This document shows positions 18,075 through 26,932 of a DNA stretch of 64,000 nt, one piece after another. Position numbers and translations under genes: made by a program. Where the stretch lies: NCBI GenBank assembly GCA_015490805.1, contig WFXC01000017.1, positions 1,073 to 65,072 on the forward strand. Reading direction: 5' to 3'. Source of the stretch: Candidatus Kapaibacterium sp. Its GTDB lineage: Bacteria; Bacteroidota; Ignavibacteria; Kapaibacteriales; WFXC01. Below the pieces are notes generated by a model. The model saw only the letters and a program-made list of their open reading frames with translations, searched no databases and was not told the DNA's origin. The stretch's first letter is position 1. Each line of letters starts with the position of its first letter.

Positions 18075-19916
18075 CTACCCTTTTTTGTTGTTGTCATCAA
18101 TACTGAGCACTGCCAGAAACGCTTCCTGCGGCACTTCGACTTTGCCGATCTGCTTCATCCGCTTCTTCCCTTCTTTCTGCCGCTCCAGCAGTTTTCGCTT
18201 GCGCGTGACATCCCCGCCGTAGCACTTTGCCGTCACATTTTTGCGCAAAGGCTTGATCGTTTCCCGGGCGATGATCTTGGATCCAATCGCTGCCTGGATA
18301 ACGACCTCGAACAACTGTCGCGGAATGATTTGCCGCAATTTCCCGCACAGTCGCCGCCCCCACTCATACGCTTTGGAACGGTGTACGATCGTGGAGAGCG
18401 CATCGACCGGATCACCGTTGATCAGGATATCCAGTTTCACCAGATCTCCCTTGCGATAGCCGATCGGTTCATAGTCGAATGAGGCATAGCCCCGCGTAAC
18501 GGATTTGAGGCGATCGTAAAAGTCGTAGACAATTTCCGCCAGTGGCAGTTCAAAGACCAACTCCACGCGCTCTGGCGACAAATACAGCATCGATTTGTAT
18601 TCACCCCGCCGATCGGTGCAGAGTTTCATAATGGCGCCAATATATTCTGCCGGGGTGATGATCTGCGCTTTGATAAATGGTTCTTCGATCCGCTCAATCG
18701 AGCCGGGTGGCGGCATCTGCGCCGGATTCGATACCCACACCTCTTCACCACCGGTTGTGATGACCCGATACTGCACATTGGGTACGGTGGTGACCAGATT
18801 GATCTCGTACTCCCGCTCCAGCCGTTCCTGGATGATTTCCATATGGAGCAGCCCTAAGAAGCCGCAACGGAAACCAAAACCCAGTGCGGTGGAGGTTTCC
18901 GGTTCAAAACGCAGGGAGGCATCATTCAAAGAGAGTTTTTCCAGCGCCTCTCGCAAATGTTCAAACTCCTCGCTATCAGCAGGATAGAACCCAGCAAACA
19001 CCATCGGCTTGATTTCCCGGAATCCCTCAATCGGTTCTGCCTGCTCTCCAGTAGCCGTCGTGATCGTATCGCCAACTTTCGTATCCCGGATTTCCTTGAC
19101 ACCGGCGATAATGTAGCCCACATCCCCCACTTCCAGTGATGGCTGCGGAATGCGGTCTAATTGCAAAATCCCCACTTCTTCCACCTCATACGTTTTGCCG
19201 GTTGCCAGAAACCGGATCTGATCTCCCGCCTGCACCTGTCCATCAAAGACCCGGACGTAAGTTACCACACCGCGGTAACTGTCGAAATACGAGTCGAAAA
19301 TCAGCGCGCGAAGCGGTTTCTGTGGATCGCCCTGTGGCGCCGGAATGCGTTCGACAATGGCGTCTAACACCTGCTCAACGCCTGTTCCCTCCTTGGCAGA
19401 AATCAGCAAAATTTCTTCTTCATCGCAGCCCAGCAGATCCACAATTTCCTGCTTGACCTTGGGGATCATCATTGGCGCACTGGGAAGATCGATCTTGTTA
19501 ATGACCGGAATAACTTCCAGCCCTGCCTCGATTGCCATATACAAATTGCTGATCGTCTGTGCTTCCACGCCCTGCGTTGCATCCACGACCAGCAGCGCTC
19601 CTTCGCATGCCGCTAAGGAACGGGAAACTTCATAGGTGAAATCCACGTGTCCCGGCGTATCGATCAGGTTGAGTTTGTATAACTGACCGTCCCGGTACTG
19701 GTAGAACATCGTAATCGGATGGAGCTTGATCGTAATGCCCCGCTCCTGTTCCAGTGGATTGTTATCCAGAATCTGATCATACTGCATTTCACGGGGTGTG
19801 ATCGTTCGGGTCAGCTCTAACAATCGATCTGCCAAAGTTGACTTACCGTGATCGATGTGAGCAATAATGGAAAAATTGCGTTTTCTTTGAACTGGAACTG
19901 CCTGTGCACCTGCCAT
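18075..19916 (-). CDS. lepA: translation elongation factor 4 (LepA)
   Basis: 613 aa. The GTPase motifs [17 protein letters not shown] and NKID are present. The LepA-specific C-terminal region ends ..[18 protein letters not shown]. Confidence 0.95.
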   Translation of the reverse strand: MAGAQAVPVQRKRNFSIIAHIDHGKSTLADRLLELTRTITPREMQYDQILDNNPLEQERGITIKLHPITMFYQYRDGQLYKLNLIDTPGHVDFTYEVSRSLAACEGALLVVDATQGVEAQTISNLYMAIEAGLEVIPVINKIDLPSAPMMIPKVKQEIVDLLGCDEEEILLISAKEGTGVEQVLDAIVERIPAPQGDPQKPLRALIFDSYFDSYRGVVTYVRVFDGQVQAGDQIRFLATGKTYEVEEVGILQLDRIPQPSLEVGDVGYIIAGVKEIRDTKVGDTITTATGEQAEPIEGFREIKPMVFAGFYPADSEEFEHLREALEKLSLNDASLRFEPETSTALGFGFRCGFLGLLHMEIIQERLEREYEINLVTTVPNVQYRVITTGGEEVWVSNPAQMPPPGSIERIEEPFIKAQIITPAEYIGAIMKLCTDRRGEYKSMLYLSPERVELVFELPLAEIVYDFYDRLKSVTRGYASFDYEPIGYRKGDLVKLDILINGDPVDALSTIVHRSKAYEWGRRLCGKLRQIIPRQLFEVVIQAAIGSKIIARETIKPLRKNVTAKCYGGDVTRKRKLLERQKEGKKRMKQIGKVEVPQEAFLAVLSIDDNNKKG

Positions 19917-19919
19917 TCC

Positions 19920-21983
19920 TTACCGTTGCAATGCTTTGTTCAAAAATGCGATGAACTCTTCTTTGTCTCGCGTGAAAGCTTTAGTCGCTATGGGCTGTCC
20001 GTCCGGCGTGAGGATGACATAAAGGGGAAGTTCAATGGAGCCGAAACGTTCCTGCTGAAATTTCTTGTTGCTCTCATACGGCTCACCTCGCCGATCAGTA
20101 AAAAGTCGGACTTTGACCATTTGATCCAGCAATGCACGAACTTCTGGCAATGGGAACATATTTCGCTCCATCCAGCGGCAATTGGTACAGGTAAAGCCGG
20201 TGAAATCGATAAAAATGGGTTTGTTCTCCTTGCGAGCAATTTCCAACGCTTTTTCGTACGAATCCAGCCATACTTCCTGCTCCGCCGCCTGTGCCGATGG
20301 CACGACAGACGCCGACGCCGCAGCGGAAGCAGCCGAAGCGCCAGAGATCAATTCGTGGTACTCTGGCGGTGGGACATACGCATCCAGCTCGCCCAGGGAA
20401 GCACCGAAGGCACCAGAGAACAGGTAGAGGGCAACGGAGCCAAAGAACGTCGCCAGCAACACTCGCGTCGCCCCCACGTGTTCGACCGGGGCATCGTGGG
20501 TCAACCGGAAGAATCCCAGAATATAGAGCGCGATCAGCAGTCCAATCGCTGCCCAGATCGAGAGGAAAAATTCTCTGGGCAAAATGCCCCAGGCGAAAAC
20601 CAGATCCGCATTGCTGATAAATTTGAGTGCTGCTGCCAGTTCCAGAAAGCCCATTACGACCTTTACGTTGTTCATCCAGCCGCCCGCTTTCGGCAGCCGG
20701 TGGAGGAAATTTGGGAACAGTGCCAACAGGAAAAAAGGAACAGCAAAGACAAAAGAAAATCCTGCCATTCCAATGATCGGATAGAACCACTCACCGGAAG
20801 CAGCGGCAATCAGCGCAGAACCAACGAATGGGACGGTACAGGTAAAGGTGGTAATCGAGAATACCAGTCCCATCAACAGCACGCCCCAGATACCGCCCTG
20901 CTGTTGCTCGCCGCGATTGAGCGCCTGCAACAAAAACGCCGGGATCCGGATTTCAAACGCACCGAAGAGATTCAGTGCAAACAGCACAAAAATGGCGGCA
21001 ATGAGCAAATTCACCCAGGGATCAGTAGCAAAATTCTGGATACCCGCAGCACCAAAAATGATGGAGATCAAAAACCCGATCGCCGTAAAGGTAAGCACAA
21101 TTCCGAATGTATAAACCAGTGCATCTCGTACCGCCCGACCGGGATACTGCTCTGCCCGCTTTGTAAAAAATGACACCGTGATAGGGATCATCGGGAAAAC
21201 ACAGGGGGTAAGCAATGCCAGAGCACCGGCACCCATTGCAAAAAGCAGGAAAGCCAGAATTCCTTCGCGCTTTTTTGCCTCAATTTCCTGCAGTGACTCT
21301 GTCAACATCGGTGCCTTGCTTCCCTCAGACACCGTTCCTTGCTGATCAGTTTCTGTTGCAGAAGCAGCGGTTGTATCTTCACTGCTTGTCTGCTGCGGCG
21401 GCGTCTCTTTCATATGCTCCGCTTCTTGCTTCACCGCCGCTTCTACCTGTGATGCTACTGGCGATGAAGATTGTGCTTCAACGATTTGCTCCTCTACTGG
21501 TGGAAGAACGGTCACCTCGAACCAGACCGTATCTTCAGCCGGGGGCAGACACCGAATCGAATCGCAGATCTGGTAATACACCAGCAATGCCGAACGGTAT
21601 TTCCCCGGTTTAACTCCCGCCTTCGGTGCAACCTGCACCCAGAAAGCAGCAGTATCTTCGTAGTAGTCGACATCGATCTGAAATCCCTTGTCAAATTTTT
21701 GCTTCGGTGGCGATGCTTTTAACTTCCCTACCTGCTCCAACACATTAGAATGGAGATATACTTCCGTTGCCTGTGGACCGATACCCCACTCATCCGTACG
21801 TGGAATGATTCCGTAAGCGTGCCATCCTTTTTGCAAATACATCGTCAACCGTAGCACCGCTGATTCGCCGTCCCGCACTGTAACGTGCTGCGGCGTAATA
21901 GTAAAGCTCACTTGTTCGTATGCCCATACCGCTGCGACCACACTCCACCAGAGTACAATCAGAACTAACTGCCGATACTTCAT
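19920..21983 (-). CDS. dsbD: thiol:disulfide interchange protein DsbD family (N-terminal domain, CcdA-like membrane core, C-terminal thioredoxin)
   Basis: The membrane core contains LTPCVFPMIPIT. The C-terminal thioredoxin motif is FTGFTCTNCRW. The track start 22025 is TTG; ATG 21983 has GAGGA 4 nt upstream and gives the signal peptide MKYRQLVLIVLWWSVVAAVWA. Confidence 0.85.
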   Translation of the reverse strand: MKYRQLVLIVLWWSVVAAVWAYEQVSFTITPQHVTVRDGESAVLRLTMYLQKGWHAYGIIPRTDEWGIGPQATEVYLHSNVLEQVGKLKASPPKQKFDKGFQIDVDYYEDTAAFWVQVAPKAGVKPGKYRSALLVYYQICDSIRCLPPAEDTVWFEVTVLPPVEEQIVEAQSSSPVASQVEAAVKQEAEHMKETPPQQTSSEDTTAASATETDQQGTVSEGSKAPMLTESLQEIEAKKREGILAFLLFAMGAGALALLTPCVFPMIPITVSFFTKRAEQYPGRAVRDALVYTFGIVLTFTAIGFLISIIFGAAGIQNFATDPWVNLLIAAIFVLFALNLFGAFEIRIPAFLLQALNRGEQQQGGIWGVLLMGLVFSITTFTCTVPFVGSALIAAASGEWFYPIIGMAGFSFVFAVPFFLLALFPNFLHRLPKAGGWMNNVKVVMGFLELAAALKFISNADLVFAWGILPREFFLSIWAAIGLLIALYILGFFRLTHDAPVEHVGATRVLLATFFGSVALYLFSGAFGASLGELDAYVPPPEYHELISGASAASAAASASVVPSAQAAEQEVWLDSYEKALEIARKENKPIFIDFTGFTCTNCRWMERNMFPLPEVRALLDQMVKVRLFTDRRGEPYESNKKFQQERFGSIELPLYVILTPDGQPIATKAFTRDKEEFIAFLNKALQR

Positions 21984-22219
21984 AGGGTCCTCTCTATCCT
22001 CTGTGCAATTCACCAAAGTTTGCAATGACGAAGACCGTGGCAGACAAGTTTTTCCTTTCTTTCAGCACGGCGACACAGAATGCCCCTTCTGTTTTCGACG
22101 CTTTTAGGCAAAGGTACTCGAACATCGGGAACGGGGTCACAACCTTTGCCGCTGGATCTTCTCGATCTTGCCGGTCACACTGCTACCAGCAGTGTCTTTC
22201 ACCAGACAGACAACAAAAA

Positions 22220-23377
22220 CTAAAGGGGCAATGCAGTAGAAAGGTAAAATGCAATGCCGCGGGCGCGCAGATACTGCTGCGCTCCGGGGGCAATCTGGTA
22301 GCCGACCATTACCAGGAAAAGATTTTCACCAAGAACGGTTTTCAATTCCTCGACCGCCCGCTCAAACCGCTTCACATCGCGCTCATACACCTGCGTTTTT
22401 GCTTCCCCCACGATCCACACCTCCGCTCCATCCTTCCACCCTTTGCCAAAGATGTTCACTTCGACATCTCGCTTTCCAACTTTGACATAATCCCGTGTGA
22501 GCCTGCCCACAACTTCAATGCCAAAGTCTGCTTTGAGCAACGCTGGCAATCCAGCACAGGCGCGATCTTCCAGCATATATCCAACGGTGTGTTGAAGAGT
22601 TCCAACTGTCCGGCGCATTTCTTTCATCGCCACCGTCAGCCCCCGCATCTCTTCTTCTGTTCGCTGCTGTGCTTCAGCAAGTTCCTCCAACCGCTGCTCG
22701 GTCCGCTTCTGCGCCTCGGCAAGCTCCTGCATCTTCTGATCCGTCCGCCGCTGCGCCTCAGCAAGCTCCTGCATCTTCTGATCCGTCTGCCGCTGCGACT
22801 CGGCAAGCTCCCGCATCGCGATTTCCAGCCGATCCATCCGCCCCTCCAACTGCTGCTGTCGCTCTACCAATTGTCGCATCTGCTCCTCGGTCCGCCGCTG
22901 CGCCTCGGCAAGTTCCTCTACCCGCTGTTCCGTCCGCTTCTGTGCCTCGGCAAGCTCCTCCAACCGCTGCTCCGTCCGCCGCTGCGCCTCGGCAAGTTCC
23001 TCTACCCGCTGCTCCGTCCGCTTCTGTGCCTCGGCAAGCTCCTCCAACCGCTGCTCCGTCCGCCGCTGCGCCTCGGCAAGCTCCTCCAACCGCTGCTCCG
23101 TCCGCCGCTGCGCCTCGGCAAGTTCTTCCACTCGCTGCTCCGTCCGCTGTTGCGCTTCAGCAAGCTCCTCCACCCGCTGCTCCGTCCGCCGCTGCGCCTC
23201 GGCAAGTTCCTGCAGTTCCTGCCCTACCCTGTCTAACACTTCCCAGATCTTTCGTATTTCCCGCCCGGAGGCAATTTCCTCACTCCGCTTCTCAAATTCC
23301 TCCAGCAGCGCTATCAGCGCCTCACGCGTTGGAGGTTCCACCTGCTCCAATAGCCGAAAAAGACGTGTGCTGTACAT
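22220..23377 (-). CDS. coiled-coil tandem-repeat protein with C-terminal PD-(D/E)xK-like (restriction-endonuclease-fold) domain
   Basis: 385 aa. It contains 12 copies of the 14-residue unit ELAEAQ(R/K/Q)RT(E/D)Q(R/K)(V/L/M)(E/Q). The C-terminal ~125 aa include RDVEVNIFG...IVGEAK, a D...ExK pattern. There is no signal peptide. Confidence 0.75.
   Translation of the reverse strand: MYSTRLFRLLEQVEPPTREALIALLEEFEKRSEEIASGREIRKIWEVLDRVGQELQELAEAQRRTEQRVEELAEAQQRTEQRVEELAEAQRRTEQRLEELAEAQRRTEQRLEELAEAQKRTEQRVEELAEAQRRTEQRLEELAEAQKRTEQRVEELAEAQRRTEEQMRQLVERQQQLEGRMDRLEIAMRELAESQRQTDQKMQELAEAQRRTDQKMQELAEAQKRTEQRLEELAEAQQRTEEEMRGLTVAMKEMRRTVGTLQHTVGYMLEDRACAGLPALLKADFGIEVVGRLTRDYVKVGKRDVEVNIFGKGWKDGAEVWIVGEAKTQVYERDVKRFERAVEELKTVLGENLFLVMVGYQIAPGAQQYLRARGIAFYLSTALPL
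22673..23215. repeat. 42-bp in-frame tandem repeats (two blocks) within CDS 22220..23377
   Basis: The unit is ctcggcaagctcctccaaccgctgctccgtccgccgctgcgc. The main block is seven full units at 22904..23197 plus partial flanks. Copies starting at 22946, 23030 and 23072 are identical. The second block is three units at 22673..22798 plus a partial fourth. Confidence 0.95.
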
Positions 23378-23618
23378 CGTACTGACTGAAAACCTGATAA
23401 ACGGGATTACTCATTCCTGCCAGATTGCAACGTTTTAAATTCCTTTTTCTTGCATACTCTCAGCAGCGATCTACGACCCCTTGTTGTTGTCTCTGGATAA
23501 GTACTTCGCGGGCGCTCCGCGACGTACTCTCCCAATCCACGTCCACCGTTTCTGCCGTCTGAATGTGTCCAAAGTCCAGTAGCGTTACCTGTCTCAGCAA
23601 CGCTCCAGCCCGATGTTG

Positions 23619-23741
23619 TTACCGCCGAAGCACAATTGCCGCAACCTTAAAGAAGGCGCCTATTTGCACGCGACAGAAATAGGTGCCGCTGGCTATAGCC
23701 AGACCGCGATCATCCATCTGCTGGCAAAGGCAGTATATTCC
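23619..23741 (-). pseudogene. orphan remnant of a T9SS C-terminal sorting domain (last ~32-40 codons only)
   Basis: The tail of track ORF 23619..24059 reads ..QQMDDRGLAIASGTYFCRVQIGAFFKVAAIVLRR*. This closely parallels the intact tails in this window, for example STLPSGVYGYRLQIGAQEFSGIIPLIR. Upstream sequence in that frame is occupied by the 3' end of CDS 23747..24466 in another frame. Confidence 0.55.
23641..23687 (-). terminator. terminator candidate at the end of the ccm-GT4-Lon-unknown gene run
   Basis: On the minus strand the sequence is ggcacctattt-ctgtcgcgtgc-aaataggcgcc. This is an 11-bp stem including one G-U pair. It is followed by TTCTTTAAGG and lies 60 nt after the stop at 23747. 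Confidence 0.35.
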
Positions 23742-23746
23742 GATAG

Positions 23747-24466
23747 CTATTCCTGCTCGGACACAAACAACACCGGAACCGAAGAATAGAGCGTCAGAAA
23801 TTCCCGTATTTCCGGTACTTCCTGGAGCCAATTTCTGGGAACCAGCAGAACGGTAGGCTGATAACGGTGGAGGAAATCCCGAACAGCAGCGACGTTCAGC
23901 GGTTCTGCCGTCTGGATGATTGTCACTCCTTCCGGAACTGGCAACGCACGCGACGTCTCTATGTCGCTCAAGCAGACCACCGGAAGTTGCAATTGCTGTG
24001 ACAATTCGCCCAGAAAATCCAGATATCCCTGTTCTCCGTACTTGCGTGGCAGCAAGCATCCGATCATTTGCGAAGTCGCTGTTCGGAACGCCTGCTGCAA
24101 ATCTGCCAGCACCGGCATCGCAAACTCCAGAAGCAGGGACGGACGCGGAACCGAATGCTCCAGCTCTGACAACACGGACAGACGCTGAACGGACAGCGGA
24201 ACCCTTAACTGCCGCCGCAGCGCTGCAATTTCTTTCTCTATTCGTTCTTCCAGCGCTTTCAACTCGCGATGCACCTCCTCAAGAGAAAATTCCTCGATAT
24301 CGCCCGTCAAAGCCGACACCTGCGTACCGATTGGCGGCACCAGCCGCTCACTCAAAATTACCACCGACAGTTCAGTCGAAACGTGCTGCACCAGACGCAA
24401 CAAAGAAACCAGTGGCTGAAACCGTACGCAATGCTGGGGGCGAAAAACCAGAACGATGCGTTTCAT
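23747..24466 (-). CDS. uncharacterised 239-aa protein, possibly a degenerate universal-stress-protein-like alpha/beta fold
   Basis: The start MKRIVLVFRPQ and the end ..YQPTVLLVPRNW...SSVPVLFVSEQE resemble the first and last strands of USP-like domains. I see no ATP-binding G-x2-G-x9-G(S/T) motif. The middle is helical (EEVHRELKALEERIEKEIAALRRQL). ATG 24466 overlaps the stop of the Lon-like gene as ATGA. Confidence 0.6.
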   Translation of the reverse strand: MKRIVLVFRPQHCVRFQPLVSLLRLVQHVSTELSVVILSERLVPPIGTQVSALTGDIEEFSLEEVHRELKALEERIEKEIAALRRQLRVPLSVQRLSVLSELEHSVPRPSLLLEFAMPVLADLQQAFRTATSQMIGCLLPRKYGEQGYLDFLGELSQQLQLPVVCLSDIETSRALPVPEGVTIIQTAEPLNVAAVRDFLHRYQPTVLLVPRNWLQEVPEIREFLTLYSSVPVLFVSEQE

Positions 24467-26904
24467 TGCTCCGATGTATCCTTTTGTTGCCCTTGTTCCG
24501 AATGCCCCTGCGCTTTCCCGGCATTAAAACTTTTGTACTTTTCTGCAAATTCCTGGAGCGCCGCTACGATCTTCCCATTGATGGAATCAGGTGGATAGTG
24601 CCCCTGCTCATCCGGTTCTCCTGCCGGCAGCTGGAGCAGTATTTCCAGAGCATCATCGACCGTCTCGACAGCATAGACAAAAAACTGTTTTTTGGCAATC
24701 GCCTCCTGAACGTCCTGCCGAAGCATCAGATGTTGCACATTTGTCGCCGGGATGATGACGCCCTGCGTGCCTGTCAGTCCGCGGGCTTTACAGATGTCAA
24801 AAAATCCCTCAATTTTTTCATTGACCCCGCCGATCGGCTGTACCTCCCCTAACTGATTGACCGATCCAGTAACGGCAACATCCTGGCGAATTGGCAACTG
24901 CGTCAGCGCTGAAATCAAAGCACTCAGCTCTGCCAGCGAAGCACTATCGCCTTCCACCGGTCCGTACGACTGTTCAAAAGTCAGACTGGCAGAAAACACC
25001 ACAGGGGTAAAGCGACTGTATCGATTCGTGAAGTAATTCGCCAGAATCATCACCCCTTTGGAGTGAATGGTCCCTCCCAGCTTTACTTCCCGTTCAATAT
25101 CGACTACGCCTGACTGTCCAACGCGCGCAGTCGCCGTAATACGCGAGGGTTTGCCAAAAGCAAATTCTCCCAACTGTAAAACCGCCAATCCGTTAATCTG
25201 CCCTACCTTTGCACCGGTGGTGTCGATTAACAGGGTATTGTTGAGAATCTCTGCCTGTACCACCCTGCGAACCCGGTCCAACCGATAAATACTCTTTGCC
25301 AGTGCCGTATCCACATCGGAGCGTTCAACAACCGTCTTGCCTGCCTGCCGTGCCCAATACGCCGCTTCCTGCATCAGCTTGGTCAGCCAGCCAATGTACA
25401 GGGTCAACCGATGGGCATGCGCTGCGTACCGCGCTCCTTCCTCAATAATGCGAGCAACTGCCTCGCGGTGAAAAGGCAACAGTTGCTTTTGCTGTGCAAT
25501 AGTGGCAATCAACCCTGCATATTGTGGGATGGCATCTTCTTTCCACTCGATCCATTCCTCAAAATCCGCTGCTACTTTGAACAAAATGGGAAAATCGGGA
25601 TCTAATTCAGACAGGAGGAAAAAGAGCAGTCGGTCTCCGATCAATACGACCTTCACATCCAGGGGAACTGGCTCCGGCTCCAGCGAAATGGTGGCAATCA
25701 ATCCAATTGCCTGCTCCAGCGACTGAATCCTGATCTGTCGGGAAAACAGCGCCCGCTTCAATCCTTCCCACGCCAGCGGCTCCCGCAGCACTTTGTAAAT
25801 ATCCAGAATCAAAAATCCTCCATTTGCTCGGTGGAGACTGCCGGGACGGATCAGAGTGAAATTTGTCATCAGGGTTCCGAACTGCGCATAGTGCTCAATG
25901 CGTCCCAGAAGATTCGTATAAGTTGGATGATCCTCATATACCACCGGTGCTCCCGACTGTCCGTCCTGTGTCACCAGGACATTGACCTGATATCGCTGCA
26001 TAAACGCACTCAAAGAGGGTTTCACAAAAGGCACCGGTACTTCCGATTCCTCCGCCGATCCTCGAAACACCTCGGTATTGCGGACAATGTCTTCCTGAAC
26101 CTGCGACAGAAATTGCTGGACTGCTTCCAGGTGAGCATATTTCTTCCTGAGCTCCTCAAAAAACGGCTCGATAGTAAAGCGCATCACTTCGCGATCCAGC
26201 TCCCGAATCTGCTGGAGCATCTTCCGCCGCCACCGCGGCATTTGCCGGATAATTGCCTGCAATTTCTTCTGCAATTCCTCTACCCGCTGCTCATATTCCT
26301 GCCGCTCGCTTTCCGGCAATAAGCGAAACACCTCTGGCGGCACAACCTCCCCGTTGCGCACCGGTGCAAAAGAGAACCCTGCCGGCGTTCGGATAACCGC
26401 AATGTTGTACTGCTTCGCTTCCTGCTGCAATTCTTCAAACGCTTCCTGCTGCAATTTTTGAAAATGCGATTCAATTTCTGCCAGCCGGCTTTGATATTCC
26501 TCCTGCTCAAACGCCAGTGGAATGGTCCTCTGGAGCTCTTCTACAAGCTGCTCCATATCCTGCTGCAATGCCTTTCCCTGCCCGGCTGGCAATTGCAGCA
26601 CCCGCGGTTTCTGAGGATCCTCAAAATTGTTGATGTAACACCAGTCATACGGCGCAGGACGACGCTGCGCGATGCTGTCCAACATCTGCCGTACCACCGA
26701 ATGCTTGCCAACCCCGCTCGGACCCAGTACGTACAGATGGAAATGTTCATCCTCGATGGTTGCTCCAAACTGGATTGCTTCGGTCGCCCGTTGCTGTCCG
26801 ATGATCTGTGCAGGGGCGGAAACCTCTGCGGTCGTCTCAAAAGGAATCTGTTGCGGATCACACCGATGATAGACCTTCGATACATCCAAAACCTGTCGTG
26901 CCAT
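24463..26904 (-). CDS. Lon-like ATP-dependent protease (COG1067/LonB-type AAA+ with coiled-coil insertion and Lon proteolytic domain)
   Basis: 813 aa. Walker A is LGPSGVGKHS. A long helical insertion is present (..LQQEAFEELQQEAKQ..EYEQRVEELQKKLQ..). The C-terminal Lon protease domain has the catalytic Ser in GPVEGDSASLAE and the Lys in GGVNEKIEG. AGGAG lies 10 nt before ATG 26904. Confidence 0.8.
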   Translation of the reverse strand: MARQVLDVSKVYHRCDPQQIPFETTAEVSAPAQIIGQQRATEAIQFGATIEDEHFHLYVLGPSGVGKHSVVRQMLDSIAQRRPAPYDWCYINNFEDPQKPRVLQLPAGQGKALQQDMEQLVEELQRTIPLAFEQEEYQSRLAEIESHFQKLQQEAFEELQQEAKQYNIAVIRTPAGFSFAPVRNGEVVPPEVFRLLPESERQEYEQRVEELQKKLQAIIRQMPRWRRKMLQQIRELDREVMRFTIEPFFEELRKKYAHLEAVQQFLSQVQEDIVRNTEVFRGSAEESEVPVPFVKPSLSAFMQRYQVNVLVTQDGQSGAPVVYEDHPTYTNLLGRIEHYAQFGTLMTNFTLIRPGSLHRANGGFLILDIYKVLREPLAWEGLKRALFSRQIRIQSLEQAIGLIATISLEPEPVPLDVKVVLIGDRLLFFLLSELDPDFPILFKVAADFEEWIEWKEDAIPQYAGLIATIAQQKQLLPFHREAVARIIEEGARYAAHAHRLTLYIGWLTKLMQEAAYWARQAGKTVVERSDVDTALAKSIYRLDRVRRVVQAEILNNTLLIDTTGAKVGQINGLAVLQLGEFAFGKPSRITATARVGQSGVVDIEREVKLGGTIHSKGVMILANYFTNRYSRFTPVVFSASLTFEQSYGPVEGDSASLAELSALISALTQLPIRQDVAVTGSVNQLGEVQPIGGVNEKIEGFFDICKARGLTGTQGVIIPATNVQHLMLRQDVQEAIAKKQFFVYAVETVDDALEILLQLPAGEPDEQGHYPPDSINGKIVAALQEFAEKYKSFNAGKAQGHSEQGQQKDTSEQ

Positions 26905-26932
26905 TCTGTTACCACTCCTGCTGTTGGCATCG

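Noticed and set aside
19848-21173. A 441-codon plus-strand ORF antisense to dsbD. Similar long antisense ORFs occur at 1367..1942, 16933..17589, 23920..24852, 31484..32245 and 58258..58914.
   Set aside because: The frame is codon-aligned with the sense gene, so antisense stops would require sense TTA, CTA or TCA codons, which appear rare here. The translation is low-complexity and Arg/Ser/Gln-rich with no motifs. The sense strand carries clear DsbD signatures. This is a shadow ORF.
22673-23215. A possible CRISPR array, suggested by regularly spaced direct repeats.
   Set aside because: The repeats are contiguous with no spacers. The 42-bp period is in frame within a CDS. No cas genes or leader are present.
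22025-23385. Plus-strand ORFs 22025..23236 ([14 protein letters not shown] repeats) and 22669..23385 (Ala/Pro-rich repeats).
   Set aside because: These are antisense and alternate-frame readings of the 42-bp tandem repeats. The minus-strand frame gives a coherent heptad coiled coil plus a folded C-terminal domain, and it is the only frame with a sensible non-repeat portion.
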